Below, piece by piece: positions 10,515 through 17,922 of a stretch of 32,000 bases of DNA. Both the position numbers and the translations under genes were made by a program. The DNA comes from Zymomonas mobilis subsp. mobilis ATCC 10988. Its GTDB lineage: Bacteria > Pseudomonadota > Alphaproteobacteria > Sphingomonadales > Sphingomonadaceae. How positions within the stretch are numbered: position 1 is the stretch's first letter; every line of letters starts with the position of its first letter. The stretch is taken from the NCBI RefSeq assembly GCF_000175255.2, contig NC_017262.1, positions 1,230,001 through 1,262,000 of the forward strand, in the 5' to 3' direction. The notes under the pieces were generated by a model. It had not been told where the DNA came from, did not search any database, and saw only the letters and a list, made by a program, of their open reading frames with translations.

Positions 10515-10579
10515 TTGGGGTGAAGAAAGCGGGGCTATCGCCTCTTTTGAGGCAGATAGGCCTGCTATGAGGAATAGTG

Positions 10580-11842
10580 ATGAGTGAAAAAATAACGTTT
10601 ACCGAAGGTAAATTACAGGTTCCCGATTATCCCGTTATTCCTTTTATTGAAGGCGATGGTGTCGGACCCGAAATCTGGCAATCTGCTCAGACGATTTTCG
10701 ATAAAGCCATCGAAAAGGCTTATGGCGACAAACGCCGCGTTGAATGGAAACAGGTTTTAGCTGGCGGCAAGGCTTTTGACCAAACAGGCTCATGGATGCC
10801 TGATGGAACGATGACTGCCTTCAAAGACTATCTTGTCGGTATTAAAGGCCCTCTGACAACGCCTATCGGCGGCGGTATTCGTTCTTTAAATGTAGCTTTG
10901 CGGCAGGAACTGGATCTCTTTGTTTGTTTGCGCCCAGTTCGCTGGTTTAAAGGTGTCGAAACACCGGTCAAACACCCTGAAAAAGTCAATATGACTATTT
11001 TTCGGGAAAATACCGAAGACATTTATGCGGGTATTGAATGGCTGGAAGGCACGGATGATGCCAAAAAGCTTTATAAATTCTTGCATGAAGAAATGGGCGT
11101 TACCAAGGTCCGTTTCCCTGAAACCTCTTCTTTCGGCATCAAACCCGTTTCTATTGACGGCTCTGAACGGCTTGTTCGTGCGGCTATCGAATATGCTATT
11201 GCCCAGAAAGCACCATCGATTACCTTGGTGCATAAAGGCAATATCATGAAATTCACAGAAGGCGGCTTTAAACAATGGGGCTATGCCTTAGCTGAACGTG
11301 AATTTGGCGATAAACTTTTTACGATGAACCAATATGATCAGCTGAAAAAGGCACAAGGTGCCGAAGCTGCTGACAAGGCTTTGCAGGCGGCCAAGGCTGC
11401 TGGAAAAATTATCGTTAAAGATGTGATTACCGATGCCTTCTTGCAGAATACTCTTCTGAAACCTGAAGATTATTCGGTTATTGCAACCATGAATTTGAAC
11501 GGCGATTATATCTCCGATCAGTTGGCCGCCATGGTTGGCGGTATTGGTATCGCACCGGGTGCTAATATCAACTATGCCACCGGACATGCGATCTTTGAAG
11601 CGACCCATGGCACGGCACCGGATATCGCTGGGGAAGATAAGGCTAACCCGTCTTCGCTGTTACTGTCAGGTGCCATGATGTTTGACTATCTTGGATGGTT
11701 CGAAGTCGGCAAGCTGATTAGTCAGGCTATGGAAAAACTGTTCCAGAAGAGACATGCTACGGTTGATTTGGCGCGATTCATGCCAGAAGGCGTTGCGCTG
11801 CCTACCAGCCAATTTACAGAAGAGATGGTGGCCCATCTATAA
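10580..11842 (+). CDS. icd: Isocitrate dehydrogenase, E. coli Icd fold, predicted NAD-preferring
   Basis: [36 protein letters not shown]; [15 protein letters not shown]; start ATG 10580 preceded by GAGG (ORF track uses GTG 10577). Confidence 0.96.
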   Translation: MSEKITFTEGKLQVPDYPVIPFIEGDGVGPEIWQSAQTIFDKAIEKAYGDKRRVEWKQVLAGGKAFDQTGSWMPDGTMTAFKDYLVGIKGPLTTPIGGGIRSLNVALRQELDLFVCLRPVRWFKGVETPVKHPEKVNMTIFRENTEDIYAGIEWLEGTDDAKKLYKFLHEEMGVTKVRFPETSSFGIKPVSIDGSERLVRAAIEYAIAQKAPSITLVHKGNIMKFTEGGFKQWGYALAEREFGDKLFTMNQYDQLKKAQGAEAADKALQAAKAAGKIIVKDVITDAFLQNTLLKPEDYSVIATMNLNGDYISDQLAAMVGGIGIAPGANINYATGHAIFEATHGTAPDIAGEDKANPSSLLLSGAMMFDYLGWFEVGKLISQAMEKLFQKRHATVDLARFMPEGVALPTSQFTEEMVAHL

Positions 11843-11847
11843 ATTTT

Positions 11848-11885
11848 AAAATTCCGGCTGCCTGATTTAGGTGGCCGGAATTTTT
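11848..11885 (+). terminator. Terminator after icd
   Basis: AAATTCCGGC...GCCGGAATTTTT. Confidence 0.8.
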
Positions 11886-11905
11886 ATTAAAAATAAATAA
11901 CTACA

Positions 11906-11927
11906 GAAAATGCCTTTATGAAAGGCA
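11906..11927 (-). terminator. Terminator after trpC (minus strand)
   Basis: Minus strand: TGCCTTT-CAT-AAAGGCA-TTTT. Confidence 0.7.
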
Positions 11928-11950
11928 GATTATCCTATCGTCAAAAGTCT

Positions 11951-12745
11951 TTAGGATAATCCCAATAAATCCTTTGTGGCTTTTCTCAGATCATCTTGCC
12001 GCATTAAAGTTTCACCTACTAAAAAACAGCCAATGTCATGACGCTGCATAGCCACCAAATCATCATGATTGCGGATACCGCTTTCCGCAACAAAGGTGCA
12101 ATCTTTGGGGGCTGAACCCACTAATTCATAGGTGCGGTCAAAACTGACCGAAAAGTCTCGCAAATCGCGATTATTGACGCCAATAAGACGGGATTTCAAT
12201 TTTAACGCCCGCTCCATCTCATCATGACTATGGACTTCTACCAAAGCATCCATGCCATATTCTAAAGCGGCGGCTTCAATATCCTGCATCTGTTGATCGT
12301 CCAAGGCCGCAACGATAATCAAGATCGCATCGGCACCGATGGCTCTAGCTTCGGTTACCTGCCACGGGTCAATCATAAAATCTTTACGAAGGACGGGTAA
12401 CTTTACCGCTTGTCTGGCCGCGATTAAATAATCTTCATGGCCTTGGAAATAGGGGCGATCTGTTAAAACGGATAAACAGGCTGCACCGCCTTCTTCATAG
12501 TCACGGGCATGGGCTGCTGGTGTAAAATCAGAACGGATTAACCCTTTTGAAGGGCTAGCTTTTTTGATTTCTGCAATAAGCCCGAATTGCCCTCGCGCTC
12601 TCTTTTTTTCTAGGGCAGCTCGAAAACCACGGGGTTGCGTCTGTGCCTTTATCAAATCAAGAAGGGCATTATTCCCAATCTGTTTTTTTCGTTCTGCCAC
12701 GAATTCTGCCTTGGTGGCGCAGATCTCTGTAAGAATATTTGACAT
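11951..12745 (-). CDS. trpC: Indole-3-glycerol phosphate synthase
   Basis: [48 protein letters not shown]. Confidence 0.96.
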   Translation of the reverse strand: MSNILTEICATKAEFVAERKKQIGNNALLDLIKAQTQPRGFRAALEKKRARGQFGLIAEIKKASPSKGLIRSDFTPAAHARDYEEGGAACLSVLTDRPYFQGHEDYLIAARQAVKLPVLRKDFMIDPWQVTEARAIGADAILIIVAALDDQQMQDIEAAALEYGMDALVEVHSHDEMERALKLKSRLIGVNNRDLRDFSVSFDRTYELVGSAPKDCTFVAESGIRNHDDLVAMQRHDIGCFLVGETLMRQDDLRKATKDLLGLS

Positions 12746-13153
12746 CGGTGATCCGTGAAAAGGGGAGAGTTGAAATCTGCTATATCCATTTTTAAAAATG
12801 AACTGATAGATAGATTTTTGAAAATATCCTTTCCCATAAGGGATAATCAGCCGATCTTAAAGCTGATCTTTAGAAGTCTTAGTATAAAGAAATTATCCTT
12901 CACTTCATCATTTGAAGTGAAATTTTGGTCATATTATCGGCAATATTCCTGATATTTTGACGATCGGGCTCAGCCTTGCTAAATCCCAAAACCTTGATCT
13001 TGCCCAAAAAACTGAATTGATATTTCCCATCGCAGATTTTCCTTCGAGGAAGCCGGATAAATAGAGCTAAAATCTTTCGGTAAAATTTTGAGCTCTGGTA
13101 AAAGATGGCAATCTCAATTCTTCGGCAAGGCCTAGCATTTTTAAGGATACCCG

Positions 13154-14596
13154 ATGACCAGCGCAAAGAGTCCAAAAGCAAACCTGCCCGTTTACGTTAC
13201 ACGAGAATTATTGGCGGGTATGGTAGCGACCTTCGCGCTTATTCCAGAAGTCATTGCTTTTAGTTCGGTTGCAGGCATTAATCCGCAAGTCGGATTATAT
13301 GCGTCTTTTGTCATTGGTCTTGTTATTGCTTTTTCGGGCGGAAGGCCTGCCATGATTTCGGCGGCTGCCGGTTCGGTTGCCTTAGTTGCAGCGGCGTTGG
13401 TTCATGGCCATGGATTACAATATTTGTTAGCCGCCGGTATTCTTGCTGGGGTGTTCCAAATTATTTTTGGTCTGCTGCGGTTATCTATTCTGATGCGTTT
13501 CGTTGCTCGTCCAGTGCGGACGGGATTTGTTAATGCTTTGGCTATTCTGATTTTTTCAGCCCAGCTTCCCCAAATATTGGGCGCGAATACCCAAGGGCTG
13601 ATTTTGATCGGGCTTGGGCTAGTGATTATTTATGCCGCGCCCCGTTTAATTCGCAGCATTCCATCGCCCTTGATTGCGATTGTTATTCTCACTCTGATTT
13701 CTCATTTCTTCCATTTACAGGTAAAAACTGTCGCCGAATTAGGACAATTACCGCTTACTTTGCCCCATTGGGCATTGCCGAATGTTCCCCATAATTGGCA
13801 GACCTTGCAGATTATCTTGATGCCAGCCTTGGCGATAGCGATGGTCGGGCTATTGGAATCGATCATGACCGCTTTTGTGGTAGATGATCTGACCGATAGC
13901 AGCAGCGATAAAGATAGGGAATCATGGGGATTAGGCATTGCCAATATCGCTGCCAGCCTTTTCGGGGGCATTGCGGGATGTGGTATGATCGGACAGACCG
14001 TTGGTAATGTCCGATATGGGGGCAGGGGGCGACTATCTACTTTTGCCGCTGGCATGTTTTTGATGATTTTTATGCTAGGACTTCGGTCTTGGGTATCTGA
14101 AATCCCTGTGGCTGCCTTGGTCGCTGTTATGGTGATGGTTTCTATCAGCACCTTTAACTGGCAATCTTTCTCGGATATTAAACGGCAGCCGAAACTTTCA
14201 ATTATCGTGATGATCGCAACAGTGCTGGTTACTGTCCTGACTCATAATCTAGCTGCCGGTGTCATTGTTGGGGTGCTGTTAAGCAGCTTATTCTTTGCCT
14301 TTAAAATTGCGTCTTTAATCAAGGTAAAGGCTGTTGATGAAGAGAATAAGCGTATCTACCAAGTCAGGGGACAGGTTTTCTATGCCTCTGCCGATATGTT
14401 TATTGATGCGTTTGATATGAAGGATATTGAGGGACGTTCGGTAACGATTGACCTGACGCATGCCCATTTATGGGATGTAACTGCTGTAGAAGCCTTTCAA
14501 AAGGTGCAGGAGCGCTTTAGCCATCACAAAGCAGAGTTGACGGTTATTGGCCTGAATAAAGCCAGTTCAGTTTTGATTGATAAGCTAACAGATTGA
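13154..14596 (+). CDS. SulP-family anion transporter with C-terminal STAS domain
   Basis: 480 aa; ALIPEVIAFSSVAGINPQVGLYASF; C-terminal STAS-like RSVTIDLTHAHLWDVTAVEAFQK. Confidence 0.9.
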   Translation: MTSAKSPKANLPVYVTRELLAGMVATFALIPEVIAFSSVAGINPQVGLYASFVIGLVIAFSGGRPAMISAAAGSVALVAAALVHGHGLQYLLAAGILAGVFQIIFGLLRLSILMRFVARPVRTGFVNALAILIFSAQLPQILGANTQGLILIGLGLVIIYAAPRLIRSIPSPLIAIVILTLISHFFHLQVKTVAELGQLPLTLPHWALPNVPHNWQTLQIILMPALAIAMVGLLESIMTAFVVDDLTDSSSDKDRESWGLGIANIAASLFGGIAGCGMIGQTVGNVRYGGRGRLSTFAAGMFLMIFMLGLRSWVSEIPVAALVAVMVMVSISTFNWQSFSDIKRQPKLSIIVMIATVLVTVLTHNLAAGVIVGVLLSSLFFAFKIASLIKVKAVDEENKRIYQVRGQVFYASADMFIDAFDMKDIEGRSVTIDLTHAHLWDVTAVEAFQKVQERFSHHKAELTVIGLNKASSVLIDKLTD

Positions 14597-14669
14597 TATT
14601 CATCAGTAGGACGGCAGAAGCGCTAAAAGAGACTTTTGCTGAAAATCAGTGTGGGAAATACATAGATAG

Positions 14670-14689
14670 AAAAAGCCATGATGGCTTTT
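14670..14689 (-). terminator. Terminator of ssrA (minus strand)
   Basis: Minus strand: AAAAGCCA-TCA-TGGCTTTTT. Confidence 0.75.
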
Positions 14690-14694
14690 GATAA

Positions 14695-15090
14695 TAGAAA
14701 TGGGAAGCTTCTGTTGCCCGGTGCTTCCCGAACCGCTGGAATCTGCTTCTGTTGCCCGGTGCAGCCCAACCGCGCTCTTACTTAGTAATGTCTACCCGTG
14801 AAGGTTTCCATTACGCAGCAACAGCGAGTACCTCGTTATCGTTGGCACTTATAAAAATGATCGGTTTAACGGCTCAATCACGCCGGATGGCAATCAAGTC
14901 TTTACTACACACGTCGATCCTGTTTCGCCCCCATCAACAACAGTGGCTTGCTATCCGCGGCTGTTGGTGGAGGCGCCGGAGTACTGCCCTCCGGGTCCGT
15001 CGAGTCTATTTCACTTAACAGTCTACCATCGTAGTCACCGAAGTGACGCTCTCTAGCTAAGGTCGGACAGCCATAAAGGCAATAGCTGTC
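14695..15090 (-). ncRNA. ssrA: tmRNA, circularly permuted (alphaproteobacterial two-piece) gene; outer boundaries approximate
   Basis: Minus strand order: acceptor piece ...CGGAGGGCAGTACTCCGGCGCCTCCACCA (ends 14965), ~32-nt intervening segment, then GGGGGCGAAACAGGATCGACG (mature 5' end of coding piece, 14932) and tag frame GCC AAC GAT AAC GAG GTA CTC GCT GTT GCT GCG TAA = ANDNEVLAVAA* (14848-14813). Acceptor stem GGGGGCG/CGCCTCC has the Ala-type G3-U70 pair. Confidence 0.93.
14707..14775 (-). repeat. Tandem duplicated structured element within the 3' part of the tmRNA coding piece
   Basis: Minus strand copies GCGGTTGGGCTGCACACCGGGCAACAGAAGC (14775-14745) and GCGGTTCGGGAAGCACCGGGCAACAGAAGC (14736-14707). 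Confidence 0.9.
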
Positions 15091-15099
15091 CGTAAATTT

Positions 15100-16539
15100 T
15101 TATAAAAACTTTGCATGATCACTTGCAGCAGTCGCTTCTTCTTTGGCTTTCTCCGCTGGATTCGGCTCTTTTTCTGATGGATCAATTTTAGCAAAGATCA
15201 AAGGATCACTGGCAGGTGTCCACCAATTTCTCTGCAACATTTTGAGGCTTTGTGCCAAAATTGTGTCTGAACGAATATCCGGTTTTTCTGTGCCGATGGT
15301 TTGGGATAAATAAATCCCTGAATATCCGCTAAAGATATAAGCGGTGCAACATCCGGCGGCGAAATAAACGATGTTATCGGCTCCGAACATCTCTACCCCC
15401 ATGATAATACAGGCGAGGGGCGTGTTAGCAGCGGCACCAAAGACAGCAATAAAACCAATGCCAGCAAAAAGATCGACAGGCGCGCCAATGATATGGGCAA
15501 TGGTGCTACCCAAGGCGGCTCCGACAAAGAAAAGGGGCGTTACCTCACCCCCCTTAAAACCAGTGCTAAGAGTAACCACTGTAAAGATAAATTTGAGTAA
15601 CCAACTCCAATAATGATGCTGTTGGGGGTCAAAAAAACTACCTAACTGTAATCCATTAGGTTGAGCTGCAATCGTTCCTATACCAAGATAGTCTCTCGTT
15701 CCGGTAATATAAACGAGAGCAATCACAATAAGACCGCCCGTAAAACTGATAAGAGGTGCCGATGGAATAACTTTTTTAAACCATTGGGCGCTATTGGCGA
15801 GACTTTCCGAAAAGAGGCGGGCGATAACACCAAAGGCGATTGAGGCCAGAATAACTTTAAAAAAGAGAATAATATTTAATTGGAAATGCCCCATCTGGCT
15901 AAAGGAGGCCATGCTATAACGCAGATGATCCATCCCCCAAAGGCGACAGACCCAGTCACCCAAGATCGCCGCTGTTAAAGCTGGAATAAGCGCGCGATAT
16001 TCTAATCGACCAATAACCGGCACTTCTAGGGCAAAGATCGCTCCCGTGACAGGCGTTCCAAAAACAGCACCAAAACCGGCGGCAATACCTGATATCAGGA
16101 GCAAGCGAATATCTTTTTTATCAAGCCCTGCGATTTTGCCTATGCCGCTGGCGATACTACCGCCTAACTGGACAGCCGTGCCTTCTCGACCTGCCGAGCC
16201 ACCAAAAAGATGAGTTATAACGGTCGATATAAAAATAAGGGGTGCCATTCGTAACGGGACACCTACATTCGGCTTATGAATCTCTTCCAAAATGAGATTA
16301 TTTCCACCAGCCGCCAATTTACCGTAACGGCTGTAAAGCCATGAAGTGATAAAACCAGCAATAGGCAATCCGAAAAGAAGCGCTGGATAGAGAAAACGCG
16401 TTTTTGTCGCCCATTCCAATGACCATAGGAACAGGGCACAACAACTGCCGATAATAGCTGCCAATGGGAAAATGATAGCGAGCCATTTAAACAGCAAAAT
16501 AAGCCGATAGGGTTTGTATTTTAAAAATAACTGATACAT
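15100..16539 (-). CDS. CLC-F-type (EriC-F) fluoride/proton antiporter; probable start ATG 16539, ORF track starts at 16614
   Basis: AAGGNNLILEEIH, GREGTAVQLGG, FKGGEVTPLFFVGAALG differ from canonical chloride CLC GSGIP/GREGP/GGxFxP and match CLC-F motifs; AAAGGA 6 nt before ATG 16539; fluoride riboswitch upstream. Confidence 0.88.
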   Translation of the reverse strand: MYQLFLKYKPYRLILLFKWLAIIFPLAAIIGSCCALFLWSLEWATKTRFLYPALLFGLPIAGFITSWLYSRYGKLAAGGNNLILEEIHKPNVGVPLRMAPLIFISTVITHLFGGSAGREGTAVQLGGSIASGIGKIAGLDKKDIRLLLISGIAAGFGAVFGTPVTGAIFALEVPVIGRLEYRALIPALTAAILGDWVCRLWGMDHLRYSMASFSQMGHFQLNIILFFKVILASIAFGVIARLFSESLANSAQWFKKVIPSAPLISFTGGLIVIALVYITGTRDYLGIGTIAAQPNGLQLGSFFDPQQHHYWSWLLKFIFTVVTLSTGFKGGEVTPLFFVGAALGSTIAHIIGAPVDLFAGIGFIAVFGAAANTPLACIIMGVEMFGADNIVYFAAGCCTAYIFSGYSGIYLSQTIGTEKPDIRSDTILAQSLKMLQRNWWTPASDPLIFAKIDPSEKEPNPAEKAKEEATAASDHAKFL

Positions 16540-16549
16540 CTGGCATCCT

Positions 16550-16600
16550 TTAATCAAGGAGCCAAACCGTGTTCCGCCAAGAACGATCATCAGCAGGCAT
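16550..16600 (-). other. Candidate leader ORF MPADDRSWRNTVWLLD* between riboswitch and CLC-F start
   Basis: ATG 16600 directly after GAGGAG; stop TAA 16552-16550, 10 nt upstream of ATG 16539. The ATG-to-SD spacing is short, so translation is uncertain. Confidence 0.25.
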
Positions 16601-16691
16601 GACTCCTCAATCATAAAAATATGTTTGAGCAGGAGTCATCAGCCTAAAGGGCGGTTCGATCCATAGAAAGGATCAGGTAGATTCCATTACC
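16598..16691 (-). promoter_or_regulatory. Fluoride riboswitch (crcB motif): aptamer ~16629-16691 plus SD-sequestering platform to ~16598
   Basis: Minus strand GGTAATGGAATCTACC ... GAACCGCCCTTTAGGCTGATGACTCCTG; then ATGACTCC...GGAGTCAT pairing that buries GAGGAG. Confidence 0.88.
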
Positions 16692-16697
16692 TTATCT

Positions 16698-16728
16698 ATA
16701 TTAAGGCCAAAATAATGCCAAAAGTCAA
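16698..16728 (-). promoter_or_regulatory. Possible promoter of the CLC-F gene
   Basis: TTGACT (16728-16723), 19-nt spacer, TAATAT (16703-16698); predicted start site falls at the first G of the aptamer (16691). Confidence 0.45.
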
Positions 16729-16756
16729 GTCAGTGGATAATGGAAATGGTCATTCC

Positions 16757-17770
16757 CTAACCGCAAGGCAAAATAAGGCTAGAAACCACATAACGGTTAG
16801 GCTGATTACTTAAGGTGAATTTTCCTTTGAATTGGCGGGCAAACATAGCCGCAATTTTCAGGCCTAAGCTATCGACCTTTTCAAGGGAAAAGCCTTGGGG
16901 AAGAGGTTTGCCATTATTGGAAATGGTAAGCTCGATTTGCCCGCCAATTTTTTGAAGCTTAATTTCAATAAACGCGTCTTTATGATCGCCTTTAAAGCCA
17001 TGCTCTAACGCGTTTGAAACGGATTCAGCCGATACAAGCGCTAAAGGGATTGCCATATCTGACGGTAAGATCAGGTCTTCAGCTTCTATTTTATAGCGGA
17101 TATTCGGGAGATTACTGGACGCAATGACCTCTTTGATCAAGCGATCAAGGATCAGTTTTGCCCCAAGCTGATTCCCGTTTTTAATATAAAGCGCCCGCTG
17201 TAATTCACCGATCATATGAATCCGCCGAACAGAGGCATCAATAGCTTCCTTGGCTTTTTCATCAGTGATGCTGCGGCTTTGCATCCGCAATAATGACGCA
17301 ATAACCTGTAAGTTATTTGAAATGCGATGCTGTAATTCATGAAACAGCAATTCATTGCGTTCAGCCAGCATCTGATTATAGGCACGCTTTTTCTGGAGGC
17401 GGTAATTACCTTGCTGTAGCGCAATCACCAATCCCATATCCGTGACTGTTTCTAGCAGACAAAGAAACCAGACCAATACACCGTTAAATCGGCTTCCTTC
17501 TTCGATAAAATAAGGCGCAACCATCAAGCTAAGAATAGCCGCGATAATACCCGGTCTTGTCCCAAAGAGGAAAGTAACCACAAGCATTGTCGGCATAAAG
17601 GTCACGAAAGGATAACCTGCCGGTAAAAAATGCCCAATAATACTACGGACAAGGAAGGCACATCCTACAAAAATCAAAGCGCAGATATTCCCGAGCCATG
17701 GTTTATTTTGCCATAAAGGCAAAAGCTCTAACATCCTGTGCATGACCGGGGTATTCCGGATTAAGACCAT
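16757..17770 (-). CDS. Membrane sensor histidine kinase, DUF4118-like N-terminus, HisKA_2-type H-box
   Basis: PFVTFMPTMLVVTFLFGTRPGIIAAILS; ELQHRISNNLQVIASLLRMQ; N-box VSAESVSNALEHGF. Confidence 0.88.
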   Translation of the reverse strand: MVLIRNTPVMHRMLELLPLWQNKPWLGNICALIFVGCAFLVRSIIGHFLPAGYPFVTFMPTMLVVTFLFGTRPGIIAAILSLMVAPYFIEEGSRFNGVLVWFLCLLETVTDMGLVIALQQGNYRLQKKRAYNQMLAERNELLFHELQHRISNNLQVIASLLRMQSRSITDEKAKEAIDASVRRIHMIGELQRALYIKNGNQLGAKLILDRLIKEVIASSNLPNIRYKIEAEDLILPSDMAIPLALVSAESVSNALEHGFKGDHKDAFIEIKLQKIGGQIELTISNNGKPLPQGFSLEKVDSLGLKIAAMFARQFKGKFTLSNQPNRYVVSSLILPCG

Positions 17771-17866
17771 GCATCCTCCCCCAGATACAATATTCTGGTA
17801 TTTCCTATAAAAAGACAGTTTGAGACTATCTTTATCACTGTTTGTTCTATGGCCTTCTTTTTATGC

Positions 17867-17901
17867 AAAAAAAAGGAGGATCTTTAAAGACCCTCCTTTT
17901 T
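17867..17901 (-). terminator. Terminator after pnp (minus strand)
   Basis: Minus strand: AAAAAGGAGG-G-TCTTTAAAGA-T-CCTCCTTTTTTTT. Confidence 0.85.
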
Positions 17902-17922
17902 CGATACAAAATATGAAAGATA

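Noticed and set aside
12900-13181. 93-aa minus-strand ORF upstream of and overlapping sulP start
   Set aside because: No recognisable domain, overlaps the SulP start; treated as intergenic
14670-14689. Hairpin AAAAAGCCATGATGGCTTTT as terminator for sulP (+)
   Set aside because: The T tract is stronger on the minus strand after ssrA; the plus side continues GATAATAG, so primarily assigned to ssrA, although bidirectional function is possible
14752-15018. 88-aa plus-strand ORF (MPGAAQPRSYLVMSTREG...)
   Set aside because: Fully antisense to the ssrA gene; RNA structure and tag frame explain the conservation
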